From assembly GCA_963702845.1 (NCBI GenBank), contig OY969763.1:3584001-3648000 (forward strand): a stretch of DNA of 64,000 bases, read 5' to 3'. The position numbers were made by a program, and so were the translations under genes. Shown one piece after another: positions 10,134 through 21,267 of this stretch. Origin of the DNA: an uncultured Verrucomicrobiae bacterium. Lineage in GTDB: Bacteria; Verrucomicrobiota; Verrucomicrobiia; Limisphaerales; Palsa-1400. Position 1 is the first letter of the stretch. Each line of letters opens with the position of its first letter. Under the pieces are notes generated by a model. That model was given only the letters and a program-made list of their open reading frames with translations. It was not told the origin of the DNA and ran no database searches.

Positions 10134-12318
10134 TTAAAGTGCCTTCGAAGCAGCCAGTTTGTTGATCGTGTTGTAGATCGCGCCTCGCATGATTTTTCCA
10201 TCCGCTGCGTTGACGTTGAATTTGATCTCCATCTGCATCACCGGCTTCAGATCGTTTATTTGCAGAAAGACGGAATGGCCATCGGGCAACAACTTGGCCG
10301 AAGTGACATTGACAGTGTCGTGACCTTCGGTGTTCGGTTTGTCGGTTAGATAATCTTTCGAGCCGTATTTCTTTTGATAGTGGTAGTTCCACTGCTCGAT
10401 GGCGTAACTGCCAGCGTTTTCCGCAGTTGAGCGGTCGAGCGCGTCGGTGAAACCGAGTTCGATGCCGTTGCTGAAGGCGTGCAAAGTGTTCGGTAGATAA
10501 ACATTTTTACCAGTGTAACGAACGCGTTGGAGACTGCCGTCCTTTATGGCTTTTGTTTCCCAACCCATCGAACCCGCAACATAGAGTTGGCCATCCTGTT
10601 TTCGGAACGTGCCGCGCATCGCACCAGACAGGAAGTGCGGCTTCATCTCAATGACTCCACCTTGCGAAACACCGTCCACGACCTCGCGCAAAACCACCAT
10701 CATCGAACATTGACCATACGAAAAATGTAGCAATTGTCCTTTCAACGGTCCCCATTTTTCGCTGGTAGCCCACACTTCACTGCCGCTGGAATTATCGATC
10801 CGGTGCGGAATCCAACAGAGCGGCTGATCGTAACCCAGAGGACGATCATTTGTGATTTTCGGCCCTTCGAAACCATACCAACCGCCGGGCTTCACCTCGC
10901 AAATCGCAGATGAGGGCGTCCATTCACCTTGCTGCGGGACAACAGTAATCACGCCAGTAGGGCTGACGGCCAAACCGTTCGGATTGCGCCAGCCGGCCGC
11001 AACCGTCATTCCCGATTGTCCATCACGAGCGACGCGGTGGAGTCCCACCGGGTCGACGTAGTAAAAATTGCCGCCGTATCCGTTTCCAAACATGCAACGA
11101 AATGATGGCGCTCAGCAGACGTTTGAATTCCGTTGTAAAAACTTTCGTAGAGATCGGCCTCACCGTCGCCATTCAGGTCGCGCAAACGTGTAATCTGATC
11201 GCGACCTAGCACGTAGATTTGATTTTGAATCACCTTTAAACCGAGCGCCTGATAAAGCCCCGTCGCGAAGCGATGCCATCGGATTTTTTGCAATGTGTTA
11301 TCGATGCCGCTGGCGGTCCAAACATCTCCATGAAGAGTGCAGACAGCGGCATCACCATTGTCAAAAAAGTCCACACCTGTCAGGAACATCAGAGCCTTGT
11401 CCGGGTTGTCGTAAGGAACAGGAATTGTGTCGACGACATAAGGCTCGGTTGATGGAGCAATTTCTCCAACAGTATTTAGAGTTTTCCAATGGCTCGGGCC
11501 GGGTTTGCTTAGAGCCGTCAAATCTTCCGGATTTGCGCTGGCTTTCACTAAAGTGGCGAATGAATCCAGCCCTGCTAAATCGCACTGAGTGAAAAACACC
11601 TTCGATAGCTGCTTCTGATCATGCGGCCCAAACATCACGACGAAGTGGTTGTCACTGACGCCGAGCTTTACTTCTGGAGCGCCTCGCACAGCGGCGGCGA
11701 AGACTTTTCCGCCGTCTTCGTAGTATGCAATTTGCAGTCCTTCCAGCATGCGTAACATAGGACGACTGTTGGTCGGAACGATCGCAAGGATCAGGTTCAA
11801 AGGACTGCTGCTGGCGTCGACTTGAAAGCTCCGCGTGAAGGCGGATGATGTTGCGTTTGTTTCGAACCATGGCGATTCAAGAACACCCGCCGCGAGCAGG
11901 CTGTACGAAAGAATGACGCGATTGCTGCTGACCGAAAAACCGCGATAGCGTGCAGGAAAGCTCCAAAGCTCGGATTGCGGAACGAAATAGGTAACATTCC
12001 CGGAAATTTGTGGCGGATTGACGACTGCAAACTTTATGGGATTGAAATGCAAAAAACCGCCGGTCCATGCAATCCGCATAGTGCCCGCAGCAGTGTCATA
12101 ACAGACGGCAGCCTCATTTTTATCACCGACTTTGATCGATAGCGCCTTAACAATCGTCGCATTGCTTTGCTCGATACTGGAGGACAGGAACTGACCCAGT
12201 CCGTGCTATTCCAACGTTCATCTCGCCACGAACTATCCTTGTCGTATTGGCCGGTCCTCCGCAGGGTCGGCGTTGGCGGCATAAGCGCGAAAAACAGAAG
12301 AAGGGCAGCAAATCGCAT
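10134..12318 (-). CDS. Secreted DUF6797-like plus beta-propeller protein (PVC-type), frameshifted
   Basis: Signal-like start MRFAALLLFFAL; MRIAWTGGFL; FATGLYQALGL, DLNGDGEADLYE, AAGWRNPNGL, QQGEWTPSS; shifts near 11075 and 12090-12200. Confidence 0.65.
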
Positions 12319-12459
12319 GGCGCAAACCTTAAGCATTTGCGGCGCGATGCTAAAGAACAATAGACGGCTCAAATTATCTGACCCGCGTCAATACAGTCGT
12401 TTTCTGACCTTTCAATTTTTTGCGGAAATGGTTTAATCTTACTTTGGTCATTCGCATTC

Positions 12460-13689
12460 ATGAGTCAGCGCAAAACAGTGTATTTCGATAACAACGCGAC
12501 GACGCGGGTTGCCCCCGAGGTGTTCGACGCGATGGCTCCTTATTTGCGCGATTTTTACGGGAATCCCTCGAGCGCTTATCGTTTCGGCAGCCAGGTTGGC
12601 AAAGATATCGAAGCGGCGCGCGAGAAAGTGGCAAAGCTGATTGGCGCTGATCCGAAGGAAGTCATTTTCACAAGCTGCGGCACGGAAAGTAATAACACAG
12701 CCATTCACAGCGCGCTCATTACTCAGCCGAAAAAGAAGCACATCGTCACGACGGCGGTCGAGCATTCCGCGATCATCAAGTATTGCTGATTTTTTACGGA
12801 AGACAGGGTTACGAAATCACTTTGTTGCCGGTGGATTCAGACGGCCAACTCGACCTGCATCTTGCTCGACAAATCGATTCGTCCGGACACGGCCATCGTT
12901 TCCGTAATGTGGGCGAATAACGAAACGGGCATTGTTTTCCCGATCGAAGAAATCGCCGCGATCTGCCGGATGCACGATGTGCTCTTTCACACAGACGCGA
13001 CGCAAGTGCCCGGCAAGATGGCGATCGATGTGAACGCGCTTGGCGTCAACATGCTGACGCTTTCCGCACACAAGCTTCATGCGCCAAAGGGCATCGGCCT
13101 CCTTTACGTAAAGAAGCGTACAAAATTTCAGCCTTACATTATCGGCGGGCATCAGGAACGTGGTTTTCGCGGCGGCACGGAGAACGTCGCGAACATGATT
13201 GCGTTTGGTCGCGCTGCTGAATTGGCCATCGCACATTTGCAGGACGAGAACACGCGTGTGCGTGCGCTTCGTGACAAGCTGGAGAACGGCATTCTAAAGA
13301 GCATTCCGAACACGGTTCGCACTGGTCCCAAAGAACCGCGTTTGCCGAATACGAGCAACATTGCGTTCGATAACTGCGAAGCTGAAGCGATGTTGATGCT
13401 ACTGGATCAAGCCGGAATTTGTGCGTCGAGCGGTTCCGCTTGCACAACCGGTTCGCTCGATCCGTCGCACGTGTTACTTGCGATGGGCATCAAACCGATG
13501 CGCGCGCGTTGCTGCATTCGTTTCAGCCTGGGCATTTACAATACGGAAGAAGAAGTCGATTACGTGCTCCAGCAATTGCCGCCGATGATCGCGAAGCTGC
13601 GCGAAATTTCGCCCGTGAAACAAATCGATTCACATCGGAAGCACGAAACCCATTTTGCGGAAACTACGACTCGCGCCAAGGTGGCGTGA
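12460..13689 (+). CDS. nifS: Cysteine desulfurase (NifS/IscS group I), frameshifted near 12785-12860
   Basis: YFDNNATT, GNPSS, FTSCGTESNN, HTDATQ, SAHKLHAPKG (PLP Lys), SSGSACTTGS. Confidence 0.9.
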
Positions 13690-13708
13690 GGAGTTCCTCA
13701 ACCTAAGT

Positions 13709-14713
13709 ATGAATCAGAAACCTCATGTAGCAGTTGTCGGCGCCACAGGCGCTGTTGGTATCGAAATGATCAAAACGCTGGAGAAGCGAAACTTCCCGGT
13801 CGGCAAATTGACCTTGCTCGCGTCCGCGCGCTCGGTCGGCAAGACGCTGACTTATCGTGGCCAGACTCATGACCGTCCAGGAACTGACTAAAGATTCTTT
13901 TGCAGGAATCGACATCGCACTGTTCAGCGCCGGTGGAAGTATTTCGAAGGAATACGCGCCCATCGCGGCGAAAGCCGGTTGTGTGGTCGTCGACAATTCC
14001 AGCGCATTTCGCATGGACGATTCCGTGCCGCTGGTTGTTCCCGAAATCAACGCCTCGGATATCAAAGGGCACAAGAACATCATCGCGAATCCGAACTGCA
14101 CTACGGCAATCACATTGATGGCCCTGTATCCGCTGCACAAGGCTTTCGGGGTGAAGCGCATTTTTGCGTCGAGCTACCAAGCCGTTTCCGGCACCGGCGC
14201 GAAAGCAATTGAAGAATTAAAGCGCCAGGTCGAACAAGTCGTTTCTGGCCAACCGGTGACGAAAGAAGTTTATCCGCACCAAATCGCGTTCAACGTTTTG
14301 CCGCACGTCGATGTGTTCCTCCCGAGTGGTTACACCAAGGAAGAACAGAAGATGGAAAACGAAGGTCGCAAGATCATGCATCACCCGGGATTCCGCGCGA
14401 GCGTGACTTGCGTGCGTGTCCCAGTTTATCGCGCGCACTCAATCTCGGTCAGCGCGGAGTTCGAAAAGCCAGTCACCGTGGAAGCCGCTCGCGCAATTCT
14501 CGCAAAGCGCCCGGCCTCGACGTGGTGGATGATCCGGAGAAAAAGGAATATCCCCTGCCCCTCTACGCGGCTGAGAAATATAATTGTCAGGTTGGTCGTT
14601 TGCGTAAAGACTCTGCCCTCGATAATGGCTTGTGCTTCTGGGTCGCCGGCGATCAGTTGCTCAAGGGCGCGGCGCTCAATGCAGTGCAGATTGCGGAAGA
14701 GTTGTTGAAGTAA
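13709..14713 (+). CDS. asd: Aspartate-semialdehyde dehydrogenase (two frameshifts)
   Basis: [57 protein letters not shown]. Confidence 0.93.
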
Positions 14714-14725
14714 AATTGTTAAAAG

Positions 14726-14762
14726 AAAAAGCGCGAGCGCTAGTAACGCTCGCGCTTTTTTT
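14726..14762. terminator. Bidirectional Rho-independent terminator
   Basis: aaaaagcgcgagcg / cgctcgcgcttttt stem with A- and T-tracts between convergent genes. Confidence 0.85.
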
Positions 14763-14772
14763 GTGACTCAAG

Positions 14773-15592
14773 TTAGAAACTGGCCGTCGCGGCGGTGTTG
14801 CCACTGGTATCGGTTAGCGTCACCTGATTAACATCGCGCAGGCTAACATTCCGCAAATTCCTCAACACAGTGCTGCCAGATTTCGTCGTCGTTACCATTC
14901 CAGACGGCTGATCGTTGACAGTGACATTGAGCACGGTGTTCGTTGGCAAGTTACTGCCGGTAACTACTAGTGCGCCGGAAACAGTATTATTGACTGCAAC
15001 GACACTTAGACTCGCGCTGCCGGTCGCGTGTGGCGAAACGTGCCGGGCGACAACTTCACATTCGCGCGCATCGACGACAAACGAGCCTTTGGCAAGATTC
15101 ACCAGGTCGCCGATGAGATCGGTCGTACCATTCGAATCAGACACTGTGATTTGCGCCATGTCCATCGGGTCAGCGGCATCGGAAAATTTGAAGTGATTGG
15201 CGGAATGGAACCGACCGCGGCCTTTGCCGTGTTCATCGCCTTTTCCCTGCGAATGAGGATGGCCGACGGTAATACTTCCAACAGTTATAGATTCGCCACT
15301 GGATTTGAGCACGGCGGCAACGCTGTAATCACCTTCTGACGAGGCCAAAGGTTTCAATTTCCATCTGCGAATAGTTTGTGCCGTTGCGATTTTGTGCCTG
15401 CAGATTCAGTTGCCCGCTCGCGCCCGGAGCGTTGTCCATTGACGTAAGTTTGATGTGGGCGTTGAAAGTTTCCTGGCCATGGATGTGACCACCTTGTTTG
15501 TGATCGTTTTCTCCATCGTCAGCCGATGCAATTTGCGTGAATGTAAGTGAAGCGACAAGCCCGAGTGTGGAACCAATAAACCCTAACCTCAT
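14773..15592 (-). CDS. Secreted hypothetical protein (frameshift near 15345)
   Basis: Signal peptide MRLGFIGSTLGLVASLTFTQIASA; continues in ORF 14773..15357; beta-rich. Confidence 0.55.
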
Positions 15593-15662
15593 ACGCCATG
15601 ACGTTCGCTCGCCAGCAGGCGTCTGACAAGTGAACAGGCGCAAAGTATAAGATGAAATAATG

Positions 15663-16073
15663 CTACTTCGGCTGTGTCGTTTTTGCGCTGACGCTGGTGA
15701 TGTGCGCCACTTTGGTCGCATCCATCACTTTGATGATCCGACCAAAGGGAGCGTCGGTATCTGCGCTAATATAGACTGTCACTTTCGGATCGCCCTTTGC
15801 GGCTTCGGTCAGTGCGTTTTGCAATTGGTCCATCGTCACGGGATCTTTGTGCAAATAAACCGTGCCTTGCTTGTCGATGAAAACATCCAAAGCCTTGTCT
15901 TCGGTCGCGCCGGCCTTTTGCTGTTTGGACTCGGGTAACGACAGTTTAATCGCGGGCTGCTGCCGAACCGTCGTCGTGACGATCAGGAAGATGAGCACGA
16001 CAATCAGGACGTCGATCAGCGAGATGATGATTACGCTGGGGGCGTTTCTTCGTCGTGGTGGTGCAAATTGCAT
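15663..16073 (-). CDS. exbD: ExbD/TolR biopolymer transport protein
   Basis: ISLIDVLIVVLIFLIVTTT TM with conserved Asp, LSLPES, ISADTDAPFGRIIKVMD. Confidence 0.88.
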   Translation of the reverse strand: MQFAPPRRRNAPSVIIISLIDVLIVVLIFLIVTTTVRQQPAIKLSLPESKQQKAGATEDKALDVFIDKQGTVYLHKDPVTMDQLQNALTEAAKGDPKVTVYISADTDAPFGRIIKVMDATKVAHITSVSAKTTQPK

Positions 16074-16110
16074 TGGCGCGGTCTCAAGGTATGAAGCGGC
16101 TGATGCCTCG

Positions 16111-18429
16111 TCAATTCTTGCCTGATGCCGGCACCATATAAACGCGGTCGATATAAATGGCTTTGATATGTTTGTCGCCGGACGGCGCAATCCAAATGTC
16201 GCGATCGGGATCTGTTTTAACCGTTCCAATTAGATGCGGATGGTAGCCATCGCCGAGTTCTTTAACTTTGGGTGTGATGGTCGCGACGAATTCCTTGTTC
16301 GTATTACCATAAACGCCAGCAGAAAAAGCGGCGGTGTCGGGCGAGCATTGGTCATTCGTCTCGACGCGCGCGATGACATAAACCTGCCATTTTCCATGTT
16401 GCGCGCGTTTCGGAAGCTGCGTTCCGGCAATCCGGAAGGCCCATTCCTGATGCGTGCCCGGCATCCAGACGGCGCGCAGGTCAGAGGCACTCGGATCGAA
16501 CCGGATCTCCGAGTATTCACCGGGCTTGTAACAGACAGCGCTATTGTCCTGCAAATCGATTGCATGATGCGGGTTTGGCAGATCTTTGGGTGGACGCGGA
16601 TTCCAAATGCGCTTAGGCGGTTCCGGCCCGAGGTCGGGCGGGTCTTTTTGGAAATCGGCAAGGAATTGGGAGACTTGTTTGCCGCGTTCACTGACTACAC
16701 GAACAACGGTCCAATCTTTGCCCGGAACGCCATCGCAGGTTTTTGCGAATTCGTCGGCGACGGTTTTGCGCGCTGTCGGCAATGGCCATTTGCCGTTTTT
16801 CTCCCAACATTCGTGCCGCAGCTTTTGCCAGTTATCGAGCCAGACAAATAAAACAGGCAGATGCGCGATCTTAACGCGCGCAAGTTTGTCGGGATCATTG
16901 GCGGCGGCGCGTTCGGCCGCTTGCCAGAGCAGTTCGGCTTTCGTTAATGGCGCGAACTTGGTGAAAGGCGGCTCTTTGCGGAGATAACAGGCCAGGAAGT
17001 AACTCTTCGAGTCCTCGTGCAGAAATTGTAGATAATCGTAGACGTATTTTGCGGCGGGCTTGCCGTAATAACCGTCGAGGAATTCGCGAATCAATTTTTT
17101 ATCGTCCTGTTTCGGATTCCACATGAGCTGTGCGAGAACCCAGGCGCGGAGTTCGGCCATTTCGTGACCTTGACCGGCATACGCGCCCTCGGAGAAGAAA
17201 CCTTTGACATTGTTTTGCTGGAAAATGCGAGCGTCGTCACCCATCACAAACCAATTCGGGTGCGGATAGAGGTAATGGCTAAAATCGGTTGTGTAATCCC
17301 AGACGTAAAGGTGATCGCAAATTTTGGACCAGGCTTTGAGATCGTCGAGGAAATCGGCGTTTGATTTGTCGGTGAACGGCTCGCGGAAATTACATTCGAT
17401 GGAGCAGAGGCGAACTGTGACGTTTTTGCGCGGGCGAATGTTTTTGGGCGCGTGCCGGGTGTATTGATAGGCAAACGTATCCACGAGCACGTTTGGAAAT
17501 TCGGGTTCGATTTGCTCGGCGACGTAGTTGACGAAATCGATCATGGTGCCGGCGTGACTGCCTTCGGCATCGTCGATGGCTTTGCAGTTCGGACATTCGC
17601 ACCAACCGAAGTTGTCATTTTGGGTAACGGAAATAATTTGGTCGTCAGGCGATTCGCGGAGCGATTCTTTGACGCGTTGCACCATGTATTTGCGGAGCTC
17701 TCGGTTGGTCAGGCAAAGCTGGGCGGCTTCGTGAGTGCGCTTGCCCTTGACGAGGCTGAACCATTCGGGATGTTCCTTGAAATGGTTCTCCGGCGAGACG
17801 AGTGGGTAAAAAGTATGGCAAAAGCCTTTATATTTGATGCAGCCGCCGAGGTCTTCGGGAACGATCCAGCTTTCGTTGTTTACGCAGTTGTGTGCTTTCC
17901 AATGCGGTTCGAAACCAGGATACCAATAAGGCCCGCGATATTCGAATGCCGGCGTTTCGTTGATATTGAGACTGCTGATTTTCAATGTCGGCTTTTGTGG
18001 AAGATTCGTCGCCCATGGCGTCCACCAACGCACGCCGCATTGTTCCTGAAGAAAGCGATTCACTGCATACATCGTCCCGCGCGGACGTCTACCGGCGAGT
18101 AACAGCTTGTTGCCTTTCACCTTCATGATGAGTTCTTCGGGGCCAAACTGGTCGAGTTTCACGTCGGGAAAATATTTTGCAGCGAGCGCGCCGGGACCGA
18201 CAATGATCGCGGGTTTATCAGACACGTCCGACGATACTTCGAATTGGGCGCCGGTCATTTCGTGCAAGGTGTGTGCGAGGTCCTTTACAGCATTCGATTC
18301 GGTTGCGGTGGCGTTGGGCTGTTGAACGAGAATGCAACTGGCCTTGCCGCTTTGGGAAATTTTGAATGCGGCGGACGCAGACAAACAAAGGGTTAGCAGA
18401 GCCACGAAAACGAACGCATGGACTTTCAT
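16111..18429 (-). CDS. DUF4838-family secreted protein (glycoside hydrolase-like TIM barrel)
   Basis: Signal peptide; RGTMYAVNRFL..GVRWW, HPEWFSL, QLCLTN, CECPNC, FAYQYT, VWDY. Confidence 0.78.
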   Translation of the reverse strand: MKVHAFVFVALLTLCLSASAAFKISQSGKASCILVQQPNATATESNAVKDLAHTLHEMTGAQFEVSSDVSDKPAIIVGPGALAAKYFPDVKLDQFGPEELIMKVKGNKLLLAGRRPRGTMYAVNRFLQEQCGVRWWTPWATNLPQKPTLKISSLNINETPAFEYRGPYWYPGFEPHWKAHNCVNNESWIVPEDLGGCIKYKGFCHTFYPLVSPENHFKEHPEWFSLVKGKRTHEAAQLCLTNRELRKYMVQRVKESLRESPDDQIISVTQNDNFGWCECPNCKAIDDAEGSHAGTMIDFVNYVAEQIEPEFPNVLVDTFAYQYTRHAPKNIRPRKNVTVRLCSIECNFREPFTDKSNADFLDDLKAWSKICDHLYVWDYTTDFSHYLYPHPNWFVMGDDARIFQQNNVKGFFSEGAYAGQGHEMAELRAWVLAQLMWNPKQDDKKLIREFLDGYYGKPAAKYVYDYLQFLHEDSKSYFLACYLRKEPPFTKFAPLTKAELLWQAAERAAANDPDKLARVKIAHLPVLFVWLDNWQKLRHECWEKNGKWPLPTARKTVADEFAKTCDGVPGKDWTVVRVVSERGKQVSQFLADFQKDPPDLGPEPPKRIWNPRPPKDLPNPHHAIDLQDNSAVCYKPGEYSEIRFDPSASDLRAVWMPGTHQEWAFRIAGTQLPKRAQHGKWQVYVIARVETNDQCSPDTAAFSAGVYGNTNKEFVATITPKVKELGDGYHPHLIGTVKTDPDRDIWIAPSGDKHIKAIYIDRVYMVPASGKN

Positions 18430-18596
18430 TGAGTGCATAATTGACGGTCGATTCTACAGTTAAATTCGAACTTCGACGGTACTTAATACGTCCCTCATTC
18501 GATTCAAAAAAAACTTGTAATGCTTCCCCCTACGGATATAACTATCGCATATCAACCCCCAAACGCTTTCGGTCACGTCACCGGAAACCATGTGCC

Positions 18597-21146
18597 ATGA
18601 GTCGGTTTTTAATTTTTTGGGTTACCGCGATGTTATTGACTGAGCGTGCCTCGGCCCAGTTGATTACTAATCTCGCGTCATTCACTGGCGCGAATGGCGC
18701 ACAGCCGATTGCAACCCTTGTCCAGGCAACCGACGGCAATTTTTACGGGACCACCACGAATCGTGGCGCTTCAGGTTTCGGAACAGTTTTCAAAATGACC
18801 CCGGCTGGGACGCTGAGCGCACTCGTTTCGTTCAACAGCAATAACGGTGCGTATCCGCTCTCAGGTGTGATTCAGGGGACCAACGGCGATCTGTTCGGCA
18901 CAACGCGGGATGGCGGTGCGGGAGCAGTCGGAACAGTTTTCAAAGTGACGCTCGGCGGCGCGTTGACGACACTCTATTCATTTCACGACACCGACGGCGC
19001 GCATCCATACGGCGGCCTCGTCCAGGGAAGTGACGGCAACTTTTACGGCACTACATTCGATGGCGGCAACTTGCATCTCGGCACAATTTTCAAAATCACC
19101 GCTAATGGCACATTGACCAGTCTCGCCGAATTTGGACAAACCAACGGTGCCAATCCAACGGCTTCGTTAATTCAAGCGAGCGCCGGCAGTTTTTACGGAA
19201 CCACTTCGTCGGGTGGAAATCTCACGACAAATGGCATCACGTATTTATACGGTACGGTGTTCAACTTCAGCGGCGGAACAATCACCACTCTGAATTCGTT
19301 CGGCCCCGACAACGGAGCGCTTCCCTACTCTGCTGTCGCACACGGTAACGATAATAATTTTTATGGGACCACCATCGGCCCCGGCTCCGGCACAGCGTTC
19401 AAAATGCAATCTGACGGAACATTGACGTCCACGGCACTCAACCCCGACGGCGATCAACCCTTCGGCACTCTGATGCAAGCGAACGACGGAAATTTCTACG
19501 GCACTACGCGACAGACGATCTTCCAACTGACGCCGGGAGGAACGGTCACAACCATTGCGAACATCGCCGGCGTCAGCTCGTCCGGGCTGATTCAGGCTGC
19601 GGACGGAAACTTTTACGGGACGACCGCTTTCGGTGGGAACCAAAGCACCGGCTCAGTTTTCCGTGTCGTGCCGCGGCCGCAGTTTGCGACGCAACCGGCC
19701 AGCCAAACCGTTTACAGCAACGCGAACGTAGTCTTGACCGCGTCGGCCACCGGCATCGCACCCTTGAATTATCAGTGGCGCAAGAACGGCGCAGATATTC
19801 CGGGCGCAACCGTCTCGTCCTTCACACTGACGAGCGCGCAGCAGTCCGACTCCGGGACTTACACGGTCGCGGTGACGAATGGCTTTGGCAGTTCCAACAG
19901 CGTCGCCGCAGTTGTATCCGTGCTTCCGCCAACGATCGTTCGTTTTCAAAATGCAATACACAATACAGACGGCAGCATCGGCATCGCGTGGTCGGCTGAT
20001 GTGGGCACCGGTTACGATCTGCAATTTAAGAGCAGCCTGACGAACACGCTGTGGTCGACCGTGTCCTCATACACGGCGAGCTCAAATACACTCGCGTTGA
20101 ACATCACACCGGGGGCAAACGCCCAAGGCTTCTACCGCGTTTCGTCGTTTTACAACGTCAGCGATCCGATTGGCTTCGTGCAACTGACGTTGCTCAGCAA
20201 CTCGGATTCGTATGTTTCGGTTCCTTTCCTTCGCCCTGCCGCGGCGACGGCACTCGTGAATTCCATCTCGAGCAATGTTGTTACAGTGACGCAACAATAT
20301 CCTGCGACATGGACGGCGAATCAGTTCGTCTATTCGGCAGGCACGCAATCTAACAACTACTACTTGCGTTTCACATCCGGTGGGTCGGAGGGTCGCACAT
20401 TTACGATCACTGCGAACACATCGAGTTCCGTAACGCTCAACCTCAACGGCAATTCTCTAGCGGGAGTTGCTGCCAGCGATTCATTCGCCATCGAACCTTA
20501 CTGGACGCTCAATTCCGTGTTCCCAAACGGCGCTGGCGTCAATGTTTCGCCGACGGTTGGAAATCGAAATACAGAAATTCTAATTCCCGATTTTATTACC
20601 GCCGGAATCAACCTGAGCGCAGCGAAAATTTATTTCTTCAATGCCGGCATTTGGAAACAAACCGGCCAAGGTGGCATCGATCATGGGGACGACATCCTCC
20701 AACTGAACGCGCCGTTGATCGTACGGCACAATGTCTCCACAAACACCACTTTGGTTTGTGCGGGTTCGGTGCCGTTACATCATTGGAACATTCCACTCAG
20801 AACTCCCGGCGGTTCTGCAGGCGATAAACAGGACAGCTATTTTGCCATCGCACGTCCAATTCCGGTTTCACTGGACGATTCCGGCTTATTCTCGAGCGGT
20901 GCGTTTGCCGCCAGTCCCCTGCCCGGCTCGCGCACGGACGAACTGTTCACATTCGACAACAGTGTGGTCGCGAAAAACAAATCGTCTTCCGCAATTTATT
21001 TTTATTGGAACAGCGCCTGGCGTCGAGTCGGCGCGGGCAGCGCCGTATTTGGCGACACACAAGTCTTTATGCCCGGGACAGGCGTAATCATTCGGAAAGG
21101 AACCAACATTGTCACACCCATTTGGACCAACACTCCGACGTACTGA
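18597..21146 (+). CDS. Secreted protein: GloVer-type tandem repeats, Ig-like domain, TIGR02597-like C-terminal domain
   Basis: About 7 repeats like LVQGSDGNFYGTT..GG...GTVFK; YQWRKNG...DSGTYTV Ig; SDPIGFVQLTLLSNSDSYVSVPFLRP...PYWTLNSVFP. Confidence 0.75.
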   Translation: MSRFLIFWVTAMLLTERASAQLITNLASFTGANGAQPIATLVQATDGNFYGTTTNRGASGFGTVFKMTPAGTLSALVSFNSNNGAYPLSGVIQGTNGDLFGTTRDGGAGAVGTVFKVTLGGALTTLYSFHDTDGAHPYGGLVQGSDGNFYGTTFDGGNLHLGTIFKITANGTLTSLAEFGQTNGANPTASLIQASAGSFYGTTSSGGNLTTNGITYLYGTVFNFSGGTITTLNSFGPDNGALPYSAVAHGNDNNFYGTTIGPGSGTAFKMQSDGTLTSTALNPDGDQPFGTLMQANDGNFYGTTRQTIFQLTPGGTVTTIANIAGVSSSGLIQAADGNFYGTTAFGGNQSTGSVFRVVPRPQFATQPASQTVYSNANVVLTASATGIAPLNYQWRKNGADIPGATVSSFTLTSAQQSDSGTYTVAVTNGFGSSNSVAAVVSVLPPTIVRFQNAIHNTDGSIGIAWSADVGTGYDLQFKSSLTNTLWSTVSSYTASSNTLALNITPGANAQGFYRVSSFYNVSDPIGFVQLTLLSNSDSYVSVPFLRPAAATALVNSISSNVVTVTQQYPATWTANQFVYSAGTQSNNYYLRFTSGGSEGRTFTITANTSSSVTLNLNGNSLAGVAASDSFAIEPYWTLNSVFPNGAGVNVSPTVGNRNTEILIPDFITAGINLSAAKIYFFNAGIWKQTGQGGIDHGDDILQLNAPLIVRHNVSTNTTLVCAGSVPLHHWNIPLRTPGGSAGDKQDSYFAIARPIPVSLDDSGLFSSGAFAASPLPGSRTDELFTFDNSVVAKNKSSSAIYFYWNSAWRRVGAGSAVFGDTQVFMPGTGVIIRKGTNIVTPIWTNTPTY

Positions 21147-21267
21147 TGCGTTAAATATCCTGATGATTCGCGCGCTGAAACGTGAGCGTCGTGCCCGCAC
21201 GTTCATCGCCCCATCAGGGGAGTCCCTTATTGCTACTATAGGCAAACCTGATAATATCGACCACGTC

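Noticed and set aside
2099..15592. Dense frameshifts in yyaL-like, rpoD, DUF6797-like, nifS and asd (also cmk, recQ, DUF4623-like, WD40) as pseudogenisation or programmed frameshifting
   Set aside because: They hit essential genes, are single-base indels without accompanying decay or consistent slippery sites, and cluster regionally. Long-read consensus error is more likely; read polishing would settle it.
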